From contig NC_006833.1 in NCBI RefSeq assembly GCF_000008385.1, positions 600,001-632,000 of the forward strand: a stretch of DNA of 32,000 nucleotides, given 5' to 3'. This DNA is from Wolbachia endosymbiont strain TRS of Brugia malayi. GTDB taxonomy: Bacteria > Pseudomonadota > Alphaproteobacteria > Rickettsiales > Anaplasmataceae. Positions within the stretch are counted from its first letter, which is position 1. Every line of letters starts with the position of its first letter. The position numbers and the translations under genes were made by a program. Below are positions 19,780 to 29,611 of the stretch, piece by piece. A model generated the notes under the pieces. The model was not told the origin of the DNA. It made no database searches and worked only from the letters and a program-made list of their open reading frames with translations.

Positions 19780-20052
19780 ATTTTATTTTTCAGCTATATT
19801 AAACAGTAATACAGATTTTATCCGTTTTAATCAAACTAAAATTTTCATATGTGGTTAAATAAATTATATAATAGAATTTTTGCACTCAAATCAGTTTTTA
19901 GCAGCACGCTAAGCGCATAATAACGTGTCTATCCAAAGAAATAGAAAGCCCATTTTACAGGCCTTAAGAACCCTTATATGGGGATGTTTTAGACCTAAAA
20001 TTTATCCTTAATCTTTATTTAAGTGACAAAAGCACATTATTAAACTAGGTGT

Positions 20053-20860
20053 GTTATGTTTAATTTTTCTTATATAGACACTCCATGTCTTTATAAATTT
20101 TTATCTACGTTAGCTGAATCTCGCTTATTAAGTAATGTAATAAGCGCCAAGTTTTTGAGAGAACAGTAAACAACTCACATTGCATTGTTCTTTTTGTCTT
20201 TATTTAAGAATTAGTTCAAAAATCAACTAATCTTCTTTTTTTATAAAGAAATTATTTGAAAAACTTCTGCATTACCCTTATCGTGACGTTATGGATATTT
20301 ATAATTCCAAGGTTGACTACTTACCAAGCATATAAGACATTAATGTCAAGTTCCTACAAGAGATATCACTAGGGTTTCTTTTGCCCTTTTTCTTCCTAAG
20401 AAACTTCTTCAACCAACTCCTCTTGTTGAACCAACATATAACCAAATTCCTGTGCCCTTTTGATCAAATTTTTCACACTTTCTTTTTATAACGTGTTTCA
20501 TAGTAGCTTATACCTCTTTCCACATATCCTTGTCCACATTTCAACATTTGATAGAAGATACGTGCTAACTTTCTTGTAGTAGCAGTAATTGCCTCTGGGG
20601 TTCTTAAAAACTTAAATTAAGGAGCTTCTTCCTGGTTTGACAGATTTCTTCCGTCCGGTGCTACTTGGTAAATTTCTTAACGCTTATAATTTAGACTGAT
20701 TGCAGTTCAAAAGCAACTGAGTTGCAGTTATTAAGCATTTAGAATAGGAGAATGCCATGTTTCAAAGTTAAATGTAAATAACTAGCCGACCACGGGGATT
20801 CTTTTGCCTTTTTTTATTTAGTAAATTTCTTAATGTTTATGGCTAAAGCAATTTAAGAGA
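20053..20860 (-). mobile_element. IS110-family element remnant (locus B): 3' flanking block X, transposase C-terminal fragment, and two further tandem tail units
   Basis: On the minus strand, 20615-20409 reads FKFLRTPEAITATTRKLARIFYQMLKCGQGYVERGISYYETRYKK..., the conserved C-terminal region of IS110-family transposases. A frameshift leads to ...QEFGYMLVQQEELVEEVS* with the stop at 20396-20398. The tail motif (aaaaagggcaaaagaaaccc) recurs at 20794-20835 and in degenerate form at 20641-20682. Only about 60 codons of the transposase survive. Confidence 0.6.
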
Positions 20861-20895
20861 GAGGTCGCCCAAACTTGAGATCCAGAAAAAGTAGG

Positions 20896-22163
20896 GTGTC
20901 ATTTCAGCATATGACGCTGGGATTTAGAAAAAAACAACCTGATTCCAGTACCAAGCACACAGCTGTACAAACATTACTTATGGAAAAGAATAAAGGTAAT
21001 AATTGTAGACTTTTTCTGGGTCTCCACCACAATATTCAATGACAGATTTTAAGATTTCGAGCCTAAGTTCATTTATAAACGCTCTCCTTGCAAACTTGTA
21101 ACTCTTGACTTCACTGCGTTTCTTGTATTTCATTAATAAAACAGAGGTGATGAGAATCATATACAATGTAACAAAAATTGTGTTTTTGCTGTACCTAAGA
21201 AAATGCCTGGTATTGAGCTTTTGCTTAATAAATTTGAAAAAAACTTCTATTGACCAGTACTTTTTGTAAAAAGCACAAATTTCCTCAACAGATATTTCGT
21301 AAATATTGGTTAAAAATGTGAGAATCTCACCACTTTCTTGGTTTTTTGTTTTAATTGGCCTGATTTCAAACTGCAAAAACGCCGAACCTTTTGCACTAAC
21401 TGGACTATCATATTTTCTGTCAGTTCAAGCGTTTCCGTTTGTACACCTGTAGTCTTTGCATGAATACGAACCATTTTATTTGTCATTGCCATGATTGATA
21501 AAATATACATTTTTCCCTAAAAACTCCTCAAAAGGAGCACGTTTTTATAGCTCACGGTCAAACAGCAAATTGACTCTTGACCGTGATTTAAAATCATTTC
21601 CCGGAACGATTTATAATCCGAAAAACTTTCTGCCTGAGTACATAAATCAAACAATTTTCAAACCTCCCATCTGCTGCAACAGTGCACTTTATCACGTCTC
21701 TTTACAATATTTCGTGCTTCTGCAGGAAATACCAAGCCGTAGTAATTTACTTGATAGTTGAAGTGTCGTTGAATCTATAATCAGCAACTTTCGTTGATTC
21801 CCCCGGGCTACAAAAACTCTACAACATGAATAGAAAAATCCTCTTAAAGTACTCAACAGGTATTGTTTTTAAGCGGCTTGCTACTGATGAATGGCGTGTA
21901 TCTAAGTTGAACATGCGGCGATAATTTTCCTCCAATTATCCGCAAGCTCATCTCATTTTTCTCTAGTATGCTATACAACAATAAATTGAAAACATTTTCC
22001 CCGTAAATTTGCTAACTCTATAATTTACGTCAACAGCCCCATCCATTTTTCCCAGCTCTTCTCTTGGCAATTTTGATATCATTTCTTTGTAGTAGAACAT
22101 CACATTCCCAAAATTCCTACAATATTTCACTACTTTTACAATGCCTGTATAGCATGCTTTAGG
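20896..22163 (-). mobile_element. Degraded IS4-family insertion sequence (DUF4372-type N-terminus plus DDE transposase), transposase pseudogenised
   Basis: The C-terminal ORF 20978-21376 carries the IS4-type motif FYKKYWSIEVFFKFIKQKL. ORF 21310-21510 is in another frame, and stops are present further upstream. N-terminal piece at about 22101 reads MFYYKEMISKLPREELGKMDGAVDVNYRVSKFTG. Inverted terminal segments are ccaagcacacagctgtacaaacatt (about 20951-20975) and aatgcctgtatagcatgctttagg (22140-22163). The outer arm at 20896-20927 belongs to the palindromic family. Confidence 0.7.
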
Positions 22164-22219
22164 CCTAACGACTGCAGGTAATTTTAAATGTTTATTTCAA
22201 AACACAATGTTCACGCAAT

Positions 22220-22993
22220 TTATTCAAGGGATTTACTTAGTGGCAAAACTTGCCCTGATATGCTGCAATCCTCAGAAGCTAGCTCCACAAATTTGTCTGT
22301 TAGTTTATTAGGTAATATCAATTCAGATATATCTTTTCCGGGAAATGCTTGCTTATACATTTCACTATCAACAGGCCCTTCTGAATACACAGCATTCACA
22401 CACAATTTTGTATGTTTTGTCTCAGATGCATATATCTTTACCATGATTTCCAGTGCAGCTTTACTTGCAGCATAAGGTACCCAATATGGATAAGAAGAAG
22501 GAGAAAGCGTCACTTCTGAGGTCATGAATATCACTCTTCCAGAATTGGATTTTTTTAGTACTGGATCTAAGTTTTTTAGTAAGTACCAATTGGCAGTAAA
22601 ATTTGTATTCATTACATTCTGTAGCTCTTCAAGCTCGCAGTCATGAACAAGATTCAATTTACCTAAAATTCCAGTGCATGCAACTAATATATCAAGCGCC
22701 CCAGATTCTGATAATTTTAGGCTTTCTATCATATTTGCCAATATCTTTACGTTTTCAAAGTCCAAAAGATCAAGCTGAATTAGCTTAACAGAACCCTCTT
22801 TGAATTCATCAAGCTTTTCGATTTCATCATATAGCTGCTTGAGATTATCAATAGACCTCGAAATCAAAATTACATATGCACCTTCCCTCACAAATCTTTT
22901 TGCAACGGCTGATCCCATTCCACCTGAAGCCCCGGCAATTAAAGCTATTTTGCCTTCTAACTTACCCATTTCTTTTCCCTTAGCGAGATCCAT
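22220..22993 (-). CDS. Short-chain dehydrogenase/reductase (SDR) family oxidoreductase
   Basis: 257-aa ORF with a Rossmann motif IAGASGGMGSAVA and the catalytic YAASKAAL (YxxxK). The start could be the ATG 8 codons downstream (MGKLEGK). Confidence 0.88.
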   Translation of the reverse strand: MDLAKGKEMGKLEGKIALIAGASGGMGSAVAKRFVREGAYVILISRSIDNLKQLYDEIEKLDEFKEGSVKLIQLDLLDFENVKILANMIESLKLSESGALDILVACTGILGKLNLVHDCELEELQNVMNTNFTANWYLLKNLDPVLKKSNSGRVIFMTSEVTLSPSSYPYWVPYAASKAALEIMVKIYASETKHTKLCVNAVYSEGPVDSEMYKQAFPGKDISELILPNKLTDKFVELASEDCSISGQVLPLSKSLE

Positions 22994-23804
22994 TAAAACA
23001 TTTTAGCTGAAAATTAAACTTTGCTCCATATATAAAAATTAAACTCACCATATAAAAAAACAGTAATGACACTACCACGCCACCCAAGCTTCCGTATATT
23101 AAATCCAGTTGGTCAAAGGAGGCTCTTAAGTATTGCTTGAAAGCTGAAGCAGAAACTGTCCAAAGCATAACAGCTATATAAGATCCAGGAAATACATCTG
23201 ACACATTTTGTCTTATGTTGGGCAGCATAAAGTATAGCCAGGAAACTACTATGAAAAGTACGAATTCAATGAGAAGATACCTAGTATAACTTAGCCCATG
23301 GTAAGAAAAATCGATTAGCATTGGCACTAATGTAGAAAATACTATAGTTAGAGTTATAATAAACGTAATTATTAAGAATTGTAATATACTTAATATTCTC
23401 CTTAATACATAAGGAGGCGAAACCGGAACTTTATAGGCTTTATTTAATATCGTTCTTAACCCTTCAATTGTCGACGAAGCAGTCCAAATAGCACCCACAA
23501 TTGCTAAAGTTAATAAACTTTGTGGTGGCCCTGATATTATCTCCCTAATGCGCGGCATTAAAGATGCTAAAATGTCCTGTGGCATGTTGTCAATTATAAA
23601 TGTCCAGCCAATGTTATATTGGTCTAAGAAATTCGCAAATGTTGACGCCAAAGCCATTAAGACAATGAGAAACGGAAATATCGACAACAAGATTAAAAAT
23701 GATAAATATCCCGCATGTTCCATCCCGTCATTATAAATTGTGTCAATCAAAGCATGATAAAGACAATAAATAATACCGTAAAATTTCTTCAGTAACTTAT
23801 TCAC
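22980..23804 (-). CDS. YihY/BrkB (ribonuclease BN-like) family inner-membrane protein
   Basis: 274-aa polytopic membrane ORF with the family-typical N-terminus (DGMEHAGYLSFLILLSIFPFLIVL) and the C-terminal YGSLGGVVVSLLFFYMVSLIFIYGAKFN. It overlaps the start of the downstream SDR ORF by 14 nt. Confidence 0.85.
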   Translation of the reverse strand: MNKLLKKFYGIIYCLYHALIDTIYNDGMEHAGYLSFLILLSIFPFLIVLMALASTFANFLDQYNIGWTFIIDNMPQDILASLMPRIREIISGPPQSLLTLAIVGAIWTASSTIEGLRTILNKAYKVPVSPPYVLRRILSILQFLIITFIITLTIVFSTLVPMLIDFSYHGLSYTRYLLIEFVLFIVVSWLYFMLPNIRQNVSDVFPGSYIAVMLWTVSASAFKQYLRASFDQLDLIYGSLGGVVVSLLFFYMVSLIFIYGAKFNFQLKCFNGSR

Positions 23805-24094
23805 TATATTACAAATAAACCAAGTAAAATATTCTAAATGAAATAAAATATATCTTTAAGCAAAAAACCCTCTAATGATACTGAGAATTGTTATGTATTG
23901 TCATTTTTTTGTCATCCATATTCTCTCTTTCAAACAACACAAAATTCATTTCATTTCAACACATAACCAGAAAAAATACTAGCGTCTACTTACTGAAGAT
24001 GGTAAGGAGGTAGTGCAAGAAGTTTTATAATGTATGCGATTGATAGAGGTCACAACAACCAGATTAAGCCTAGTCTAGTTTAATTTTTGAGTTC

Positions 24095-25998
24095 TTAGCA
24101 GGTAGTTAAGCTTGGATTTAATAATACTGTATTGGCACCTTCGCTTTCTCCATCAATAAGATAAGCTCGATCGAATACCTTTGTTCCAAGATAATTGTTT
24201 TTTTCGTCAAAGAATAAGCTAATGACTTTACAAAGTTGCATTTCTTTTTTTCTAATCTCTTCTTGATCTTCTAAAGATATTCCTAGTAGCTTTTGTTCTA
24301 GTTACTCATTTTCTTCTTGTAATTGCTCTAAACTTTTCTTTAACTTTTTTATCTCCAAATTTTTCTCTCGATTTCCTCTTTCAAACTTCTTATTTCCTCA
24401 CCTTATATCTACTTCTCTATTTTACCTACAGGTAACTTCTTACCTGTATTAGGTTGTTAAAATTCCTCCTCTAAAGCTTTTTTTCACAGTTTATTTAATC
24501 CTTCAGCTAATCGTTTTAATCTCTAATCGCTCTTTGTCTAGCTTTGATGAAAGTTCTGCTAAGCGTTGTTTATAATCATCCTTTATGTTTTCGGTCATCT
24601 CTTTCACTTCTTTCTCTAGTACATTTAATTGAGCTTTAGCTTCTTTCAATTCTTTCCCATTCTCTCCTTAACTTCTTCACCTTTCTCTAACTTTTCCGTA
24701 GCTCTTTGTTAATCTTGTCTGTTGATTAGGCTCTCGTTTTTTTCTTCTTTTAGTTGACTCTTCAATTCTGCTATTCCAGCATTTCTATCCCTTTGACTTT
24801 GTTCTAGTATGCCTTCTCTCGTTTTAATCCCTTAATGTCTCAATCCTTCCTAGCTAATTCTTTTATCTTTTTTTTCCAATTCAGCTTTAAACTTTTTAAC
24901 TTTCTTTTCCAAAATTTGCTTTTCCTTGATTAATCCATTTGTCCTCTCACCACTTTTCTCTGTTATTTTTCCATTATGGCCTTCTAACCCTTTATTTTCC
25001 CCTTCAAGATGCTTGTTCTTTTCTTCTAATCTTTTACTCTATTCTCTAATTCATTTCCCCTCGTTCATGCACTTCTCTGTTATTATATGAATCATTCTCA
25101 TATATTTCATCTTCACTGCTAACCTCGCTATTAATGAAAAAAGAACTTCTGCGCGAAGAAAACGCGGACAGGCTTCCAGGAGAAAAGAATACTCACTGTT
25201 ATTTTGTGTAGGCAATTGCGGTGATGTAGGTGATTTCATGTAAACGTTTCCTTCTTCGATATTTGCTAATCGTCTACACTCTGGCCCACGTCAGTAAAAG
25301 CTTTATACAGAGTTTTTCCACTAATAAAAACTTCTTTATTCTGTTCAACCAACTTTAATATTTCACTTTTTTTCCCTTCTGGTAATGGACTTTTGAACTT
25401 CGAAACACCAAACCCACCAGTAGCACTTTGGATACCACCAGATCCTACCTTCACAGTCATGCTACAATTTATGCTATTCCCTTCAGGATCCTTAGCCTGC
25501 CAGTTAATGGTCATCTTGCATGGACCAAGCCAGTAAAATCATAGTACCTCTCATTGCCTTTTTCTTGTACGCAGCTATTTGACTGTCTTTTCCTAAAAAC
25601 ATGTGATAAACCTAATCTTCATTGTTAGCTCTTAAAACATCACTGATTTTTATTAATTCTTCTTTATTTTCAAACCTAATGTTAAAGTTATTATCTTTTG
25701 TCGAATACGCTAAGAATTTTTGGCTTGGTAAGAATGTTTCAAATTTCTTATGTGTTTTATTTATTGATTTTTTAAATTCTCCTTTCCACTTTAAATTTAC
25801 CTGTTCTGTAATATTCTCATCTTCTTTCTTGTACAAAAGATCAATAAAATGCTAGACTAAATTTTTTCTTTCTAGTTGCTCTATAGTGCCCTGAAGGCTG
25901 CTAGAAGATTGAATAAAACTTAAAATATTATTTTTCTTTCATTCATCTACATCTAAACTCTGACCCTCAATAGATATATTTTCATTTTCTTCCGACAT
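24095..25998 (-). pseudogene. Large Lys/Glu-rich coiled-coil protein pseudogene (unknown family)
   Basis: ATG at 25998 (MSEENENISIEGQSLDVDE*) is followed by fragments in changing frames, including ORFs 25612-25836, 25266-25514 and 25051-25239. About 0.9 kb of K/E-rich heptad-like coding follows (plus strand is CT-rich, 24250-25050), ending ...FDRAYLIDGESEGANTVLLNPSLTTC* with the stop at 24095-24097. Confidence 0.6.
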
Positions 25999-26161
25999 AG
26001 ACGAAATCTCTGTTCTCCTCTAGCATAATTTTACATTTCTAGAGAATATAGAAAATATTAATATCTTTAACTTAAAAATTAATTAATTACGAGAGTAAAT
26101 AAAGAAGAAACTTGAGCGCTTGTCCATAATGCTATATAGTAGTTACTCTGAGCAGTATAGT

Positions 26162-27517
26162 ATGGACAATACCATTATAAGAAAATATGATATTAGGGGC
26201 GTGGTAGGCAAAGATCTACAGATTAACGATGGATATGAAATAGGCAGAAAGTTTGGCCAGACTGTAGCTAATGTTTGTGTAGGCTATGACAGTAGAATAG
26301 ATTCACCAAGTATAGAAAAAGAATTAATTAGGGGCTTAACTTTATCCGGAGCAAATGTTATACGCATTGGATTATGCTCTTCACCTATGCTCTACGCTGC
26401 AACGCAAATCACACAGGCAGACCTTGGCATTATAATAACCGCCTCCCACAACCCAAGCGACTATAATGGCTTTAAATTTTTCAGTAGTGAAAAAGTTTAC
26501 TTAGATCAAGAAACAAAGGAAATTATAAGTAGTTCAATTAAAAACAGTACAAAAATTGGAAGTTTAATCAATGTAAATATATATAGCCAATACATTCGCG
26601 TATTAAAAAGTGCGGTAAAGAACAATTCTACACAAAAACTAAAGATAGCCTGGGATTGTGGAAATAGTCCAGCAAGTGGAATCTTAAGGTATATTGAAAC
26701 AATCTTACCTGGCCATACACATATTATAATCAATAACTCTATAGATGGAGTATTTCCATTGCATAATCCAGATCCCATAGAAGAAAAAAATCTTGTTCAA
26801 CTTATTGATATTGTAAAGCAAGACAAATGTGATCTTGGCATTGCACTCGATGGTGATAGTGATAGGGTACGCTTAATTGATAATAAAGGCAGTATTGTTT
26901 CTAATGATCATTTATTTATGATTTTTGTACGTGAAGTATTAGAGGAATGTCCACGCAGCAAAGTTATTGCCAATGTAAAAATGAGTATGAAAGTGCATGA
27001 TTTCGTTAGCAAGTTAGGGGGGCAGGTGGTTACCTGTGCCACCGGGCACTCACTAGTTAAGAAAAAGATGGTAGAGGAAGGAGCAAAGTTTGCTGGTGAA
27101 TTAAGTGGGCATTTTTTCTTCTCCGAGCTAGGTTTTGATGATGGACTATATTCTGCTATTAAGGCCATTGACATTTTACTTAAGCAAAGTCAGGGCCTAT
27201 CTCAGATGATTGAGGATTTACCAAAGCTATATATCACCCATGAAGTGAAGATTGTGGTTAAAGATGAAAAAAAATTTCAAATAATTGAATTAATAAAGAA
27301 AACACTAGAGCAACAAAATATTGCATTTTCAGATCTTGATGGTATTAAAGTAACCGGCAACGATAATAAAGGATGGTGGCTCCTTAGGGTATCAAATACA
27401 CAAAACTGCATTACAGCAAGGTGCGAAGGAGATACCTTGGAAGATTTTGAACTTACTAAAAAGGTCCTGTTTCGTTATATTGATAAAGCAAAGTCTTTAG
27501 ATTGTAATCTTTCATAA
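26162..27517 (+). CDS. Phosphomannomutase/phosphoglucomutase (alpha-D-phosphohexomutase superfamily)
   Basis: Contains the active-site Ser loop IITASHNPSDYNGFKF, the Mg loop GIALDGDSDRVRL, the sugar loop GELSGHFFF and the phosphate loop RVSNTQN. The ORF-track start is TTG at 26120, but ATG 26162 (MDNTIIRKYDIRG) fits the family N-terminus better. Confidence 0.9.
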   Translation: MDNTIIRKYDIRGVVGKDLQINDGYEIGRKFGQTVANVCVGYDSRIDSPSIEKELIRGLTLSGANVIRIGLCSSPMLYAATQITQADLGIIITASHNPSDYNGFKFFSSEKVYLDQETKEIISSSIKNSTKIGSLINVNIYSQYIRVLKSAVKNNSTQKLKIAWDCGNSPASGILRYIETILPGHTHIIINNSIDGVFPLHNPDPIEEKNLVQLIDIVKQDKCDLGIALDGDSDRVRLIDNKGSIVSNDHLFMIFVREVLEECPRSKVIANVKMSMKVHDFVSKLGGQVVTCATGHSLVKKKMVEEGAKFAGELSGHFFFSELGFDDGLYSAIKAIDILLKQSQGLSQMIEDLPKLYITHEVKIVVKDEKKFQIIELIKKTLEQQNIAFSDLDGIKVTGNDNKGWWLLRVSNTQNCITARCEGDTLEDFELTKKVLFRYIDKAKSLDCNLS

Positions 27518-27662
27518 AAACAAAATTAATTTACAAAATTAGCATAACTACTACCTTGAAATATATCAACATAAATGAAAAGAAAATCAGCAATGCACAA
27601 GACTGCTTTGAATCAGTAGTTGAAACTGGTTCATAGATCTTGTGCCTAGAATCACCACTAAC

Positions 27663-28880
27663 CTAACTATAACATACACAATTAAAGCCATTGCAGCTTG
27701 AACATTTATAATCCCATCGTTCTAGTTCTTTATTACAATTCTTACACTTCCAGCACGGATCAGGCAAAGCTTCTGAGCCCATCTTGCTTAGCCAATAAAT
27801 TGTCTGATCTTGCTCTTGTAACACAACCTTGAGCTGCACCATAATGAGGTAGATTGACATGTAATTAGCTTTTTTTATAGCAGTATTTAGATATTGACTT
27901 GCAAGATCGTATTTACCTGAACTAATTGAGGATGAAGCAAGTAAACAATAACTAAAATAATAATCGGGGCGTAAGTTATATAACCTCTCAGCACCTTCAC
28001 TATTCAAACTGATGTAAATTTTAGCTGATTGAGGAGTAGGGTTTACTGTGTACTCCGCCTCTAGTACTGCAGAAGCTTTTCTGATCTTTCCAAGCCTAAT
28101 ATACAACTCTGCCTTTAAATAATTGATAGGTTGAAAAGTTACACAATAACTTTGTGCCCTAAATAAAGACTTCACAGCCTCTTTAAAATTTCCTTTACTT
28201 TCATATTGTTTTGCCAAAGCACAATAAAAAACTGCAAGCATCTTTTTACAATCAAAGGGAAGAAAAACATTGAACTTAATAGCTTCCTTTAATCTCGAAA
28301 TTGCATTGACCCAATCTTCTTGCAGTGCACAGTGTTCTATCTGAAAGGGAATAGATAGAATTCTGTCATTAACTGAGCTAGAGCAATACTCTATGAATTT
28401 TTGAAAGATTATTCTTTCCTGTTTGAGATGAGCAATCAGCTTATTAGTTAAAAGCAGAGCTAAGTTACGATTTTTACTTGCAATATCTGTTAAACCATTA
28501 CTGAAAAAGCTGTAATTCCCCGTCTTACCTGAGTTAAAAATCTTTATTAGAGATAACCTATCGGTTTCCTGATTTAGACTTTTAACTAGCTTATGAGCAT
28601 CTTCTATATTACCTAAATCTATGCTAAAAAATGCCTCAAAAAGAAGCAGTTCTTCTCTGTCTCTTTTTCTATTTCTTATATTGGCAAATATTGACGAAAT
28701 GGAAGAAAAAAAGCGCGTAAGTGTAACTGATAAAAACAATAAAGCTACACAAGCAAAAATAATAAAACATAGATCAGCACTTATAGTGTAACTCCCTAAT
28801 TCTAACTTTACTACTTCACCACTCACCTTGGCCCATATACCAAATAAAAATGAGAGGGCAAAAATTATAAAATAAATCAT
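27663..28880 (-). CDS. HemY-like TPR membrane protein (alphaproteobacterial Orf52-type) with a C-terminal Cys-rich zinc-ribbon-like tail
   Basis: 405-aa ORF with two N-terminal TM helices, TPR-like helical repeats and a C-terminus CWKCKNCNKELERWDYKCSSCNGFNC. Its ATG overlaps the upstream stop (ATGA at 28877-28880). Confidence 0.75.
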   Translation of the reverse strand: MIYFIIFALSFLFGIWAKVSGEVVKLELGSYTISADLCFIIFACVALLFLSVTLTRFFSSISSIFANIRNRKRDREELLLFEAFFSIDLGNIEDAHKLVKSLNQETDRLSLIKIFNSGKTGNYSFFSNGLTDIASKNRNLALLLTNKLIAHLKQERIIFQKFIEYCSSSVNDRILSIPFQIEHCALQEDWVNAISRLKEAIKFNVFLPFDCKKMLAVFYCALAKQYESKGNFKEAVKSLFRAQSYCVTFQPINYLKAELYIRLGKIRKASAVLEAEYTVNPTPQSAKIYISLNSEGAERLYNLRPDYYFSYCLLASSSISSGKYDLASQYLNTAIKKANYMSIYLIMVQLKVVLQEQDQTIYWLSKMGSEALPDPCWKCKNCNKELERWDYKCSSCNGFNCVCYS

Positions 28881-29611
28881 GAGACATATTGTAATAAGTG
28901 ATGATATATTATTGAAATATTCTTAGAAGCCACAATAAAACTATTCAATCTATTAAGCCATGGTTTGAATTCTGGGTTTATTAAACTGCCTACTGCAGCG
29001 GCCACACTTTGCCAATCATTATCGTTTACTAACTTTTCAATTTCTGCAAATTTTGTTCTTAACGGGTCATTTTTATCTCGTATTTTTACCCAGTTTGAAA
29101 TGATTTTTTGAAACAGTGTACCTTTATTGTAGTTAATAATAGCAATAGTTTTTTCAAAAGATAAATTCAATTCACGTAAAGTATTTATCTCTTCTAAACT
29201 TTCTAATTCATTCACTGCATTCTCTATCTCTGGATCATCAAGCTCTGATATCAAAGGTTTCATTGAATTTATATAATTATCAAATTTTGCTTCTTGCAAT
29301 AATGAATTTTTCATCTTAACTACAAGCAAAAGTAATTTTGCAAGATTCCTATACCTTGCACTACCATTACCTATCTGCTCACATTGAGTATGCAAACTTC
29401 TTTTGAAATCAAATATCTTTTTTTCTATTCTTGACTGATTAATTTCAAGCAACGCCCTAAGCTCATCTATCTTTCCGGTCAAAGCCTCTATATTGTTCTC
29501 ACTCTCCTGTTGATTTACTTTTAAAAACACTATGTTATTTATTGTAATATAACTAGCAAATAATAACGCAATTAAGAACCAGCCTATGCATTTTTGCCAA
29601 GTACTATTCAT
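28877..29611 (-). CDS. HemX-position / Mic60 (mitofilin)-like membrane protein: TM anchor, coiled coil and conserved C-terminal domain
   Basis: The ORF is open to 29662, but ATG 29611 (MNSTWQKCIGWFLIALLFASY...) is preferred because it overlaps the lolC/E stop by 8 nt. It has one N-terminal TM helix, a coiled-coil middle and a C-terminal EIEKLVNDNDWQSVAAAVGSLINPEFKPWLNRLNSFIVASKNI. Its position directly upstream of the HemY-like gene matches the hemX-hemY / mic60-orf52 arrangement. Confidence 0.6.
   Translation of the reverse strand: MNSTWQKCIGWFLIALLFASYITINNIVFLKVNQQESENNIEALTGKIDELRALLEINQSRIEKKIFDFKRSLHTQCEQIGNGSARYRNLAKLLLLVVKMKNSLLQEAKFDNYINSMKPLISELDDPEIENAVNELESLEEINTLRELNLSFEKTIAIINYNKGTLFQKIISNWVKIRDKNDPLRTKFAEIEKLVNDNDWQSVAAAVGSLINPEFKPWLNRLNSFIVASKNISIIYHHLLQYVS

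Noticed and set aside
22164-22222. Idea that the 3' end of the SDR gene (...KSLE*) is built from a palindromic arm flanking the IS4 element.
   Set aside because: The similarity of cacaatgttcacgcaatttattcaagg to the arm consensus is marginal, and the SDR C-terminus needs no such explanation.
24250-25050. CT-rich, visibly repetitive plus-strand stretch that might be taken for a CRISPR array or satellite.
   Set aside because: There are no identical direct repeats with unique spacers. The pattern is the antisense of Lys/Glu-rich coiled-coil coding sequence belonging to the minus-strand pseudogene.
25266-25836. ORFs 25266-25514 and 25612-25836 as separate intact hypothetical genes.
   Set aside because: They are collinear, on the same strand and separated only by frame changes. 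The minus strand reads on through further collinear fragments to the stop at 24095-24097. They are best explained as pieces of one pseudogene.
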